NCBI GenBank assembly: GCA_016719225.1
Contig: JADKAN010000004.1
Location: 512,167 to 576,166, forward strand
Direction of reading: 5' to 3'
Length of the DNA stretch: 64,000 nucleotides
DNA from: Flavobacteriales bacterium
Lineage (GTDB): Bacteria > Bacteroidota > Bacteroidia > Flavobacteriales_F > PHOS-HE28
In this document: positions 38,609-48,392 of the stretch, in pieces
Position numbering within the stretch: position 1 is the stretch's first letter
How the letters are laid out: the number at the start of each line of letters is the position of its first letter
Position numbers and translations under genes: made by a program
Notes under the pieces: model-generated
Databases searched by the model: none
What the model saw: only the letters and a program-made list of their open reading frames with translations
What the model was told of the DNA's origin: nothing

Positions 38609-40051
38609 TTGACCAAAGTCAAGCCCTTGGTCATGCGTCTTCTTGTCCTCCCGCTTTCCCTACTGCTCTGTGCCGCTCTTTGTGCCCAAGCACCCATGAC
38701 GCTAGAGCAATGCCTTGCACGGGCAGAGGAGCAGAACCTCACCTTGCGCAATGCCGCGCTGGACGCTGATCTTGCCGGGCAGGCGCACGACATGGCCTAC
38801 TGGTCCTTTTTACCCAACCTGAACGGTGCCGTTACCCACGGTTACAACTGGGGCAAGACCATTGACCAATACACCAACACGTTCGCTACCGACCGTGTAC
38901 GAACGAACAACCTGTATCTCAGTAGCGATGTCACCCTGTTCCAAAGTGGGCGCAAGCACCAGGAGCTGAAGCGTGCCGCATTGGATGAACAGGCTGCATC
39001 GAAAGCATATGAAGCTGCGCTGAACGATCTGCGGACGAACGTGGTCCGTGCCTACTTGGACCTGTTGGGTCTGAAGGAGCAACAACGCGCCGCAGAGGAC
39101 CAGTCGATTTCCACGAAGGAGCAATCCCGGATCACAGAAGCATTGGTGGAGAGTGGCCGCATAGCCCGGGCCGATCTCCTTGACATACAATCGCAGTTGG
39201 CCCAAGAAGAATATACGGTGGAGGACTATAAGATCCAGGTGGAGAAAGCGCGATTGACGCTCGGTCAGTTGATGCAGATGGACGAGCGGGAAATGTCCGG
39301 CCTAACGATCGAGGCCCCGCAGATCGCGGAGGTCGTTTTTTCTGAGCCTACGGCCACCGAGGAAGAGGTGCTGCGTAATGTGCTCGCCACCAACCCGGCC
39401 TACGCACAAGCCGACCTGAGCGCGCAAAGTGCTGAGCGTTCCATCGCCATTTCGAAGGCGATCGGGCTGCCTTCGGTCTCTTTCAATGCCTCCTTGGGCA
39501 CGGGTTATTCCGGAAGGAATTTTGAATTCATCGGCGATCCGATACCTGAGCAATCGGTCCTGATCGGTGCCACGGATAGTGGTGAGCCCGTTTATGCACC
39601 GAGTTTCAGCCAGAAAACGCGCGTCAAATCCTTTTCCCAGCAGCTCAGTGACAACCTCAATGAATCCGTGGGTTTCACGCTCAGCGTCCCCATCTTCAAC
39701 AATATGCAGAACCGGTACAACACGGCGCGGACGAGGATCGAATATGAGCGTGCCAAGAACCAGTTACTGGTGAGCAAGAATGCCTTGATGCGTGATGTCC
39801 AGAACGCACTCACCGCACAACGCGGCGCATACCGCCAGTATATCAGTGCCAGCAAGGCCGTTGAGGCATCCACGGAAAGCGAACGCATGGCCAATGAGCG
39901 CTTCACCCAGCAGTCCATCACCGCCACCGATCTGAACATCGCCAAGGCTAGGCTGCAACAGGCCACGGCTCAGCTGATCAACGCAAAGTACACGTACATC
40001 ATGGCCCAGAAATCCTTGGATATTCTGCAAGGCCGACCTGTAACGCTCTGA
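38609..40051 (+). CDS. TolC family outer-membrane efflux protein
   Basis: 480 aa; signal peptide, two tandem OEP repeats (LTLEQCLARAEEQNLTLRNA...; ...AQRGAYRQYISASKAVEAS...). Confidence 0.8.
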   Translation: MTKVKPLVMRLLVLPLSLLLCAALCAQAPMTLEQCLARAEEQNLTLRNAALDADLAGQAHDMAYWSFLPNLNGAVTHGYNWGKTIDQYTNTFATDRVRTNNLYLSSDVTLFQSGRKHQELKRAALDEQAASKAYEAALNDLRTNVVRAYLDLLGLKEQQRAAEDQSISTKEQSRITEALVESGRIARADLLDIQSQLAQEEYTVEDYKIQVEKARLTLGQLMQMDEREMSGLTIEAPQIAEVVFSEPTATEEEVLRNVLATNPAYAQADLSAQSAERSIAISKAIGLPSVSFNASLGTGYSGRNFEFIGDPIPEQSVLIGATDSGEPVYAPSFSQKTRVKSFSQQLSDNLNESVGFTLSVPIFNNMQNRYNTARTRIEYERAKNQLLVSKNALMRDVQNALTAQRGAYRQYISASKAVEASTESERMANERFTQQSITATDLNIAKARLQQATAQLINAKYTYIMAQKSLDILQGRPVTL

Positions 40052-40053
40052 TC

Positions 40054-40752
40054 GTGGCACTGCTCCTCGCCTTCGATACCGCAACGTCGCATTTGGCCGT
40101 GGTGCTCAGCAATGGCAAGGTGCCGCTCGCTTCTCGCACGGATGCCACGGCGTCGCTTTCACATGCTGAAAAGCTGAACATTTTCATTGCGGAAGTGCTG
40201 GAGGAGACCGGACATGATATGAAGGATCTGTCCGCCGTTGCAGTGGGAACGGGGCCCGGATCCTACACCGGGTTGCGTATCGGGCTGTCCGCTGCAAAGG
40301 GACTTTGTTTCGCCTTGGGGATCCCGTTGATCGGTATGGGGACGTTAGAGATCCTGGTCGCCGAAATGCAAAGCGGTAAAAGTGGCTTCGGACCGGACGA
40401 TATTCTTTTTCCCATGGTGGATGCACGCCGCATGGAGGTGTACACCCGGCCTTTCAACGGAAATGGAGTTTCGTTGGAAGAGACCGCTCCGCTGATCTTG
40501 GACGATGCATGGTGCAAAGCAAGCACTACCGGTGCGCATACTGTGGTTTTTGGTGACGGGGCCGATAAGGCCAAGGAACTTTGGGCACAACATCCGGAGA
40601 TCACATACATACAAGGCATCCGACCGGACGTACACGGGCTGGCGCTCTGTGCTTCAGCACATTTCGAAAGTGGCCGTTCCAGCAACTTGGCCACCTTGGT
40701 GCCCGAATACGGCAAGCCCGCCAATGTTGCGCAGAAGCGCGGCGCGCATTGA
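40054..40752 (+). CDS. tsaB: tRNA threonylcarbamoyladenosine biosynthesis protein TsaB (YeaZ)
   Basis: LLAFDTATSHLAVVL...VGTGPGSYTGLRIGLSAAKG. Confidence 0.85.
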   Translation: MALLLAFDTATSHLAVVLSNGKVPLASRTDATASLSHAEKLNIFIAEVLEETGHDMKDLSAVAVGTGPGSYTGLRIGLSAAKGLCFALGIPLIGMGTLEILVAEMQSGKSGFGPDDILFPMVDARRMEVYTRPFNGNGVSLEETAPLILDDAWCKASTTGAHTVVFGDGADKAKELWAQHPEITYIQGIRPDVHGLALCASAHFESGRSSNLATLVPEYGKPANVAQKRGAH

Positions 40753-40772
40753 AACGTTAGTCGTTCGTCAGA

Positions 40773-41993
40773 TCAAGCCTGAACGGCTTCCAAGGCAGGT
40801 GTTGGCACCGCGAAAATGAACCACGCCAATACGACCAGCGTCGCTATTGCTGTGGCCATGAAGGCGACAGGACCTCCGAACGCATACCATAACACGCCCG
40901 TGAGGGAACTGGCGACCAGCGCGCAAAGGCTCTGCATCCCTGCTTGGAAGCCGATGGCGGTGGCACTGTCCTCGCGCCGCACCACGTTGGTGATCCAAGC
41001 CTTGGATATGCCTTCGGTGGCCGCAGCGTATAGACCATAGAGAAGGAAGAAAAATCCGTAGAGGTACAGATCGCCATTGCCTGCTTCCTTGGGCAAATCC
41101 GCCATGCCGAAGTAAACAGTGGCGAATAAGCCCAACCCGATCAGGAAGATGCGCTTCAGTCCGACGCGGTCGGCCAAGATCCCCAAGGGAAACGCTGCCA
41201 ACGCATACACAAGGTTGTAAAAGATGTATGCACCGATGGCGGCGGTATCGCTCAATCCTACTTGCTTGGCCTGCAAAAGGAGGAACATGTCCGAGCTGTT
41301 GAAGAGGGCGAAGAACAGGAGGCCCACCACGAGTTGGCGATATGCTTTGGGTGCATGTTTCCAATAGCCCAGGAAGGAGAAAAAGCCAGCTGGCCGCACC
41401 GATCTTTTCGGTGCGTGGGCCTTGTCGCGCAAGGTGAACGACAACGCGATCGCGATCACGCCAGGGATAAAGGCGATATAGAACAAGTGCAGATAATCGT
41501 GCGGATGGAAGTGCAGGTAGACCAAGGCCAAGACCGGTCCGATCGCAGCGCCCATGGTATCCATGCTGCGGTGGAAGCCGAACACAGTACCCTTTGTCGC
41601 CGGCGTGGAGACATCGTTCAGCATAGCATCCCTGGCACCGGTCCGTATGCCCTTTCCAAGCCGATCGACCGTGCGGGCGAAGAACACCCAGAGCGGTGCG
41701 ATGAAAAGGGCCATCAACGGCTTGCTGAGCGCACTTAAGCCATAACCCAGTTGCACGAATGGCGCCCGCTTCCCCATGAGGTCCGAACGTTTTCCAAAGT
41801 AACCCTTGCTCAATCCCGCTGTAGCTTCCGCAACGCCTTCCAAAACGCCGATCAACAACACCGTAAAGCCAATGCTGCGCAGGTATAGTGGCATCACCGG
41901 GTAGAGCATCTCGCTCGCCGTGTCGGTGAACAAGCTGATCAAGGAGAGTGCCCAGACCGTGCGGGTGATGATTCCTTTTTTCATACTGGGCAT
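40773..41993 (-). CDS. MFS transporter
   Basis: 406 aa, 12 TM helices, MFS motif-A-like GKRSDLMGKR between TM2 and TM3. Confidence 0.8.
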   Translation of the reverse strand: MPSMKKGIITRTVWALSLISLFTDTASEMLYPVMPLYLRSIGFTVLLIGVLEGVAEATAGLSKGYFGKRSDLMGKRAPFVQLGYGLSALSKPLMALFIAPLWVFFARTVDRLGKGIRTGARDAMLNDVSTPATKGTVFGFHRSMDTMGAAIGPVLALVYLHFHPHDYLHLFYIAFIPGVIAIALSFTLRDKAHAPKRSVRPAGFFSFLGYWKHAPKAYRQLVVGLLFFALFNSSDMFLLLQAKQVGLSDTAAIGAYIFYNLVYALAAFPLGILADRVGLKRIFLIGLGLFATVYFGMADLPKEAGNGDLYLYGFFFLLYGLYAAATEGISKAWITNVVRREDSATAIGFQAGMQSLCALVASSLTGVLWYAFGGPVAFMATAIATLVVLAWFIFAVPTPALEAVQA

Positions 41994-42000
41994 GCCATGT

Positions 42001-42552
42001 TCATGCGTTGGAAGGGAATGCTTCCTTGTAATCCACTATCGCTTTCCGCAGGATCGTCTTCGCCATTCCGGCACCCTGCAATTCGTCCACCTCCACCGTT
42101 TTGTTCTCAAGTCGTTTGTACTCGCGGAAGAATTGGATGATCTCGGAGCCCAGATGGTCGGGGAGGTCTTCGATGCCGTTGATGTGTGCCATGCTGATGT
42201 CGTCTGCCGCCACGGCGATCAGCTTGTCATCGCCTTCGCCATTATCCAGCATGCGCATTACGCCGATCACTTTGGCGCGGGCAATGCACATCGGTGCGAT
42301 GTCGATCTGCGAAAGCACAAGGATGTCCAACGGATCATGGTCGTCCCCCAAGGTGCGCGGCATAAAGCCATAGTTCGCGGGATAGTGGACGGATGAGTAA
42401 AGTACCCGGTCCAGTCGCAGCATGCCGCTCTCCTTGTCAAGCTCGTATTTCGCCTTGCTCCCTTTCGGTATCTCGATAATGGCGTTGACGATATCAGGCG
42501 CATCAGCTCCCAAAGCCACATCATGCCATGGGTTGAATTTCTTGGTTCCCAT
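42001..42552 (-). CDS. ppa: Inorganic pyrophosphatase (family I)
   Basis: [18 protein letters not shown]...[10 protein letters not shown]...; start taken at the internal Met MGTKKFNPW. Confidence 0.9.
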   Translation of the reverse strand: MGTKKFNPWHDVALGADAPDIVNAIIEIPKGSKAKYELDKESGMLRLDRVLYSSVHYPANYGFMPRTLGDDHDPLDILVLSQIDIAPMCIARAKVIGVMRMLDNGEGDDKLIAVAADDISMAHINGIEDLPDHLGSEIIQFFREYKRLENKTVEVDELQGAGMAKTILRKAIVDYKEAFPSNA

Positions 42553-42568
42553 TTCTGTTTGTTTTTGT

Positions 42569-43465
42569 TCACCGGCCCGTCTCATAACGCACCATTTCGA
42601 TCAAACCGGTTTCCAGGTCCCTGGTAATGACGGCTTTCAAGAACAGCGTGCCTTCAGCATACACATACTCGCTATGGCGAACGGGTGTTCCGTCCCGGAG
42701 GAAGTCGCGCGACAAGGGATTGCCCGCACGGTCATAGGTCCATCGCCAGGTTTCAGGATGGGGCGTGCCTAGGTCGCTCACGTCAACGCGTTCACCCAAT
42801 CGACCGTTTGCATCGTAGGCAAAGGTGGTGCGCCCCATGCGCTGGGTGATGAGGTTCCTGCCTTCCACCGCGCGGAGATACCCCAGCCGGTCGTACTTGT
42901 AGACCTCTTCCTGGTAAGGCCGTCCCCGGTCGTTCATGAAGGTTTTGCGCCAGGACGTGTCGTTGATGGCCGTGTATTCAAAGGTCTCGTCGCTTACTAT
43001 GGTGGTGGCGCCCGGCTCCAAGCGATAGCGGTCGCTGCTGAGGTTTTCAATGCGCACATGCGTAGCACGGACCGGCTTGCCGCCGATGTCGTATTCGCGG
43101 CGGATCGAATACCAACCGTTGGGATCGTTGTGCAGTTCTTCCAACAATCGCCCATCGCTCCCGTTGGCGTAAAGCACGCTTGCGGTGTCCACCCCCGAAC
43201 CCGGTTTGCCGAAGGAGTTGTTGGAGTAGCCCAGCAGTCCCCGATCACCGAACCGATAGAGGTAGTAGCGGTTCCGGGCCACCATGGGCCGCCCATCGCG
43301 CTTAGTCCAGTCCTGCCCCGTTACGCTCTTTACGTCGTTGCGTGCGATGAAGTCCGGGTTGAAGGTCAACGACGCAGGGCGTTCCGCAGTGGCTTCCACC
43401 AGCAGCATCTGGGCATTCAACACAGAGCAGGCCATCGAACAGGCGATAAACAAGACGGTCCTCAT
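42569..43465 (-). CDS. Small YD-repeat (RHS-repeat-like) secreted/lipoprotein, 298 aa
   Basis: Signal peptide [19 protein letters not shown]. Repeated YD motifs ([51 protein letters not shown]). Its ATG overlaps the stop of the upstream YyaL-like gene as ATGA. The track ORF extends a further 343 codons upstream in an implausible frame. Confidence 0.6.
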   Translation of the reverse strand: MRTVLFIACSMACSVLNAQMLLVEATAERPASLTFNPDFIARNDVKSVTGQDWTKRDGRPMVARNRYYLYRFGDRGLLGYSNNSFGKPGSGVDTASVLYANGSDGRLLEELHNDPNGWYSIRREYDIGGKPVRATHVRIENLSSDRYRLEPGATTIVSDETFEYTAINDTSWRKTFMNDRGRPYQEEVYKYDRLGYLRAVEGRNLITQRMGRTTFAYDANGRLGERVDVSDLGTPHPETWRWTYDRAGNPLSRDFLRDGTPVRHSEYVYAEGTLFLKAVITRDLETGLIEMVRYETGR

Positions 43466-45570
43466 CGTAGTTGTCCCAGCGCTTCCTTCACAGTGGATAC
43501 AGGCAATTGGCACGTCTTGTTCTCGCAGACGAAAATGGTGGTGGCGTTGCCGATCAACTTGTCCTCCAATAGTGGTAACGCACTTTTTCCCGTGCTTCCA
43601 AGAAATGCGTGACCGGGAAGATAGTGCTGGAAAAACTCCGTGCGCCGCGCTAATGCATCCGGTCCGGTGATGGCGATCTCGTACCAAGGATAGACCTGGT
43701 CCATCAGCAACAAACCCCAGTTGGTATAACCACCGGGATGATCCGCCATGTTGCCCACCACGTTGTTCAATTGCTGAGCGCTGATGGCGAGCATCCGTTG
43801 ATCGTCGTATAGGTGGCCGAGTGTGAAGAGCGCTTTGGCCATGCTGGAGTTGCTTGCCGGTATCACGTTGTCGTTCACTTCCATCCTGCGCGCGATCAAG
43901 GGCGGGTCGATGTCGCTGGTGAACCAGAACATGCCACTGGCGCTGTCGTGGAAATGCGCGATGGTGTAATCCGCAAGGGCGTGCGCATCCTTCAGCCAGG
44001 CTTCGTCGAAGGTGACCTGGTACAACGCGATCAATGCTTCGCTGGTGAAACTGTAGTCTTCCAGATACCCGTTGATGGTGGCCTTGCCGTTCTTGTAGCT
44101 GTGCCATAGGCCGCCATCGTCGCGACGGCAGCGCGAAAGCAATAATTGCATGGTACGTTCCGCTTGTTGAAGATGATCCTTGTTGCTGGTGGCTTCGTAT
44201 GCATCGCAAAGCCCCTTCACCATCATCGCGTTCCAAGAGGTGAGCGATTTGTCGTCCAATCCGGGGTGTTCCCGCTTGTCCCGTGCAATTAGCAACTTGC
44301 CATCCACCCGAATGCGGGTTCTGCGCAGTTCTTCCGGTGGAATGCCCTGCTTCGCAGCGTAGGCACTGTCCCCCATGGAGCGTAGCAGGATGTTCCGGCC
44401 GTGCTCCCAAAAGCCCTCGCCACCGGCGTTGTAGTAGTCCGTGGCAAAGTCGGCATCGGTACCCAAAGCTTCCACGAGCTCTTCCTTGGTCCACACGTAA
44501 AAGCGACCTTCCTCGCCGTCGGAATCCGCATCAAGCGCGCTGTACCACGCCCCGTCCGGACTTCGCATTTCGCGCTCCGCCCAAGTGATCGTGCGCTCCA
44601 ACACATCCTTGTATGCTTCATCGCCGAATGCCCGGTAGGCATGACTGTAGAGCGAGATGAGTTGCGCATTATCGTAAAGCATCTTCTCGAAGTGTGGCAC
44701 TTTCCACTTGGCGTCGGTGCTGTAACGGGCAAACCCTCCTCCCACTTGATCAAAGATCCCGCCTTGGGCCATTTTATCCAAGGTGGTGCGCACCTGCTTG
44801 GCCACATCCTTGTCTCCGCTGGTCATGGCGTAGCGGAGCAGGAATTCATAGTTGTTGGGCAGCGGGAATTTCGGCGCCCCGTCCGGTCCTCCGAGTTCGG
44901 TATCGAAATTCCGGGCCAACCCCTCCGCCAAGCTGTCCACTTTTTTTCTTGTGAACTCCGGCGGCTTGGTGTTCAAGGCCACAAGCTCGGTCTGTTGCAC
45001 GCCCTCATGCAATTTCTGCGCATACTCTTCCACTTTTGCAGGGTCGCTCTTCCACGTGGTCTCCAGTTGTTGCAACACCTGCATCCACTGCTCTTTCGGG
45101 AAATAGGTGCCGCCATAGACGGGTCTGGCATCGGGCGTGGTGAAACAATTCAAGGGCCAGCCACCGCGGCCTGTCATCAACTGTACGGCGGCCATGTAGA
45201 CCTGGTCCACGTCCGGCCGTTCTTCGCGGTCCACTTTGATGCATACGAAATGCGCGTTCATCAGCTGGGCCACGGCGGTGTCCTCGAAGCTTTCATGCTC
45301 CATCACATGGCACCAGTGGCAACTGCTGTAGCCAATGCTTACCAGCACCAATTTGTTCTCTGCTTTTGCCTTGGCAAAGGCTTCATCGCCCCATGGATAC
45401 CAGTCCACGGGGTTGTGTGCGTGCTGCAGCAGGTAGGGGCTGCTCTGGTGGATCAAGCGGTTGGTGTAGGCGTGCATGGTATCTTTCACGGGTGTCTGGC
45501 CGGTGCCGCATCCGGGCAGCAGGAACAAAAAAAGAGGCAGGGCGAACGGCACTCTGGCGTAAATGCGCAT
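43462..45570 (-). CDS. Thioredoxin-domain protein, YyaL/DUF255 family (thioredoxin fold plus GlcNAc-2-epimerase-like alpha/alpha-toroid)
   Basis: Signal peptide with a lipobox-like LLPGC; [13 protein letters not shown]...[24 protein letters not shown], the hallmark of DUF255. Confidence 0.85.
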   Translation of the reverse strand: MRIYARVPFALPLFLFLLPGCGTGQTPVKDTMHAYTNRLIHQSSPYLLQHAHNPVDWYPWGDEAFAKAKAENKLVLVSIGYSSCHWCHVMEHESFEDTAVAQLMNAHFVCIKVDREERPDVDQVYMAAVQLMTGRGGWPLNCFTTPDARPVYGGTYFPKEQWMQVLQQLETTWKSDPAKVEEYAQKLHEGVQQTELVALNTKPPEFTRKKVDSLAEGLARNFDTELGGPDGAPKFPLPNNYEFLLRYAMTSGDKDVAKQVRTTLDKMAQGGIFDQVGGGFARYSTDAKWKVPHFEKMLYDNAQLISLYSHAYRAFGDEAYKDVLERTITWAEREMRSPDGAWYSALDADSDGEEGRFYVWTKEELVEALGTDADFATDYYNAGGEGFWEHGRNILLRSMGDSAYAAKQGIPPEELRRTRIRVDGKLLIARDKREHPGLDDKSLTSWNAMMVKGLCDAYEATSNKDHLQQAERTMQLLLSRCRRDDGGLWHSYKNGKATINGYLEDYSFTSEALIALYQVTFDEAWLKDAHALADYTIAHFHDSASGMFWFTSDIDPPLIARRMEVNDNVIPASNSSMAKALFTLGHLYDDQRMLAISAQQLNNVVGNMADHPGGYTNWGLLLMDQVYPWYEIAITGPDALARRTEFFQHYLPGHAFLGSTGKSALPLLEDKLIGNATTIFVCENKTCQLPVSTVKEALGQLR

Positions 45571-45572
45571 GA

Positions 45573-46169
45573 ATGGCTAAAAGTACCGCATACCGCCCGC
45601 GCCAAAGGCCGTATGCTTCAAGGGAAGATGTACATGGCGGCGAGGGCACCACGGTCGATGCAGGCTGGCCCAGTACCTTGATGGCGGTGGGCGTGCTGGG
45701 CTTCATCATTGTTTTTTGGCTCGTAGGCAGCCGCACCTTGATCTCCTTCAATGCGCTCTTCCGGTGGTTCGCATTGTTCGCCTTCGCGGGCAATCTGGTG
45801 CCGCGGAAATGGTTCATAGGGAACTTCAGGATGGATCGCTTGGAATGGCTTTGGTTCAATTTACTGGCCGTCGGGCCGATCATCTTCAACGTCTGCTTAC
45901 TACTGAATTTTCTTGTTCACGGACCTGAGCAGCATTTGCTCGTGCGTGCGGAACGCGATTTCAACCTGCATGGATACTGGATGGAACACCGGGAATTACC
46001 ACCGCATTTGCCATGGCCTGCGGACTTTGGCAATGATCCGGAAAAGGACCGCGCAGCCATGGCCACCGCTAAGTTCGACAACAAGGTCTACGGCTTGGCG
46101 CAAGGCCTGTTCGGGTACGTGGTGATCACCTCGGAAAAGCGCGTTACGCTGGCCGGTGAGCTGGAATGA
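45573..46169 (+). CDS. Hypothetical membrane protein
   Basis: Hydrophobic segments [50 protein letters not shown]; the true start may be an internal Met at 45681. Confidence 0.45.
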   Translation: MAKSTAYRPRQRPYASREDVHGGEGTTVDAGWPSTLMAVGVLGFIIVFWLVGSRTLISFNALFRWFALFAFAGNLVPRKWFIGNFRMDRLEWLWFNLLAVGPIIFNVCLLLNFLVHGPEQHLLVRAERDFNLHGYWMEHRELPPHLPWPADFGNDPEKDRAAMATAKFDNKVYGLAQGLFGYVVITSEKRVTLAGELE

Positions 46170-46252
46170 TCGCGCTACTGGTCGGACGGCCTTCCTTATC
46201 TCCCGGAACCACTGAACCAGGTAGCGATCCGCGCGATCAGCGGTCTATCCCT

Positions 46253-46669
46253 TCACCGCAGGTCGATCACCTGTTCATCGCTGAACGGGAGCCGCTTGTG
46301 AATTAGTCCTGCCTTACCGACCACGGTGCCTCTGAAGCCCAACTTCACCGATCCGGTCAATAGCCCCGTGGCCAAGCCCGGTAAGATCCCTGCTTGATCG
46401 ATCTGGAAGTTCACCCGGAGCGGTATGCGGTAGACCTCAGTGCTCTTCCTTTTCAGGACCACCGTGCTGTCCAGCATGGCCTTACCCACGCCGATGCCGT
46501 TGATGGACAGGTCCACATCCGGATCCTTCACCTTGATCTTGTAGCCGTTGGGGTTTTTCATCTCCACGCCCACCGTTGCCGTGATCCCCTTGGTATCCAC
46601 ATGGGTAAGCTTCAACGAACGGATCCCCACCAGTTGCACTTCGCGGTAGCTAAGGCAACCGGTAAGCAA
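46253..46669 (-). CDS. LEA type-2 / WHy (water-stress and hypersensitive response) domain lipoprotein; track start is TTG and there is a possible frameshifted signal peptide upstream
   Basis: 138 aa with LTGC lipobox-like residues at positions 2-5 and an LEA14-like beta-sandwich pattern (NPN..KIKV.D.DVDLSINGIGVG). An out-of-frame ATG at 46704 encodes MKKLLLPLDHSV..., a signal-peptide-like leader. Confidence 0.6.
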   Translation of the reverse strand: MLTGCLSYREVQLVGIRSLKLTHVDTKGITATVGVEMKNPNGYKIKVKDPDVDLSINGIGVGKAMLDSTVVLKRKSTEVYRIPLRVNFQIDQAGILPGLATGLLTGSVKLGFRGTVVGKAGLIHKRLPFSDEQVIDLR

Positions 46670-46893
46670 ACGGAATGATCAAGAGGGAGCAGAAGTTTTT
46701 TCATGTTCGTGAAAGGCGGTTGTCAGTTGTCCGGCGTTGCGGCGTCAATGCGCTAGAGGGACGGCGCTCGGTTGTAGTTGGTTTCAGCTGCGCATCGGAT
46801 GCTCACTACCCAATAGCAACAAACAGATCTTGATCACCAGAAAAAAGCCTCTGTGTCCCTGTTCCTCCGTGGTTTTCTTTTTCTCCCACCACC

Positions 46894-48261
46894 TCACTTG
46901 CTCATCTCCGTAAAATGCGCGAAGAATTTCGGGATGGTACTGATGCCTTTCATGTAGTTGAACACGCCGTAATGCTCATTCGGGCTGTGGATGTTGTCGC
47001 TGTCCAAGCCAAAGCCGAACAGGATCGTCTTCAGGCCAAGTACTTCTTCGAATAATGCCACGATGGGAATACTGCCGCCACCGCGGGTGGGTATCGGCTT
47101 TTTCCCGAACGTATCCTCCATCGCCTTGCTGGCTGCTTTATAGGCTATGCTGTCCGTGGGCGTCACGGCCGCTTCGCCGCCGTGGTGCGGTGTTACGGTG
47201 ACCTTTACCCCTGGAGGCGCGAGCTTTTTGAAATAGTCACTGAAGAGCTTCGTCATGGCATCGCTCTTTTGGGCGGGCACCAAACGCATGCTGATCTTGG
47301 CGCTGGCCTTGCTGGCCAACACGGTCTTGGCGCCTTCGCCGATGTAACCGCCCCAGATGCCGTTGACGTCCAGTGTAGGCCGAATGCTTGCACGTTCCTG
47401 TGTGCTGTAGCCCTTTTCACCCCGCACCGCATCAATGCCGAGGTCCGTCATGTATTCCTTTTCATTGAAGGGCGCCTTTGCCAGCTCCTTGCGTTCTGCG
47501 TCGCTCAGCTCGTTCACCGTGTCGTAGAAACCCGGAATGGTGATCCTGCGGTCCTTGTCGTGCAGGGCGGCTATCATTTCGCAGAGCACATTGATGGGGT
47601 TGGCAACCGCGCCACCATAAACGCCACTGTGCAGGTCGCGGTCCGGTCCTACCACTTCCACTTCCACGTAGGCCAGACCGCGCAATCCGGTGTTGATGCT
47701 GGGCACGTCGTTGGCGATCATGGATGTGTCGCTGATCAACACCACATCCGCTGCCAGCTTTTTCTTGTTCTCTTTCACGAAGGTGCCAAGGTTGCTGGAA
47801 CCGACCTCTTCTTCGCCTTCGATCATCATCTTCACGTTGCACGGGAGGTTGCCCGTCTTCACCATGGCTTCCACCGCTTTTACGTGCATATAGAACTGGC
47901 CTTTGTCGTCCGCGCTGCCGCGGGCGTAGATCAAGCCGTCCTTCACCACGGGCTCAAAGGGTGGGCTGGTCCACAGATCGAGCGGATCGGGCGGTTGTAC
48001 GTCGTAATGGCCATACACCAGTACGGTGGGTTTCGCCGGATCAAAGACCTTTTCGCCGTACACGATCGGATGGCCTTTCGTGGTGCACACTTCCACATTC
48101 TCCAGTCCAGCCTCCTCCATGCGGGTCTTTACCGCTTCGGCACAACGGGCCACATCAGCCTTGTATTTGGGGTCGGCACTTACGCTGGGTATCCGCAGCA
48201 GGTCAAGCAGTTCATTGAGAAAGCGGTCCTTATGCTGCTCGATATGCTCGTCGACGGAGGC
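46894..48261 (-). CDS. M20 family dipeptidase (PepV/Sapep-like)
   Basis: YGHYDVQPPDPLDLWTSPPFEPVVKDGLIYARGSADDKGQ; start taken at the internal Met MASVDEHIEQHK. Confidence 0.85.
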   Translation of the reverse strand, partial: ASVDEHIEQHKDRFLNELLDLLRIPSVSADPKYKADVARCAEAVKTRMEEAGLENVEVCTTKGHPIVYGEKVFDPAKPTVLVYGHYDVQPPDPLDLWTSPPFEPVVKDGLIYARGSADDKGQFYMHVKAVEAMVKTGNLPCNVKMMIEGEEEVGSSNLGTFVKENKKKLAADVVLISDTSMIANDVPSINTGLRGLAYVEVEVVGPDRDLHSGVYGGAVANPINVLCEMIAALHDKDRRITIPGFYDTVNELSDAERKELAKAPFNEKEYMTDLGIDAVRGEKGYSTQERASIRPTLDVNGIWGGYIGEGAKTVLASKASAKISMRLVPAQKSDAMTKLFSDYFKKLAPPGVKVTVTPHHGGEAAVTPTDSIAYKAASKAMEDTFGKKPIPTRGGGSIPIVALFEEVLGLKTILFGFGLDSDNIHSPNEHYGVFNYMKGISTIPKFFAHFTEMSK

Positions 48262-48392
48262 CATGTTGTGCTGGTTTTCGGGGTGAAGGTCCAAAGGTAA
48301 CGGACCGCTGCCGGGCGCCATCCGGCGCACCTCCACCGGACGCGGGGCAACCGAAAGCCACACACATCGGTCAATGGACTGAGCTGATTACC

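Noticed and set aside
42569-44494. Full 641-aa track ORF on the minus strand
   Set aside because: Only the last 298 codons (from [10 protein letters not shown]..., start 43465) look like a real secreted protein. The upstream part overlaps the YyaL-like gene in another frame and is Arg/Gly/His-rich.
44401-45681. 426-aa plus-strand ORF antisense to the YyaL-like gene
   Set aside because: Shadow ORF; the minus strand has the DUF255 thioredoxin signature.
47182-48300. 372-aa plus-strand ORF antisense to the M20 dipeptidase
   Set aside because: His/Val/Ala-rich shadow ORF opposite a clearly conserved metallopeptidase.
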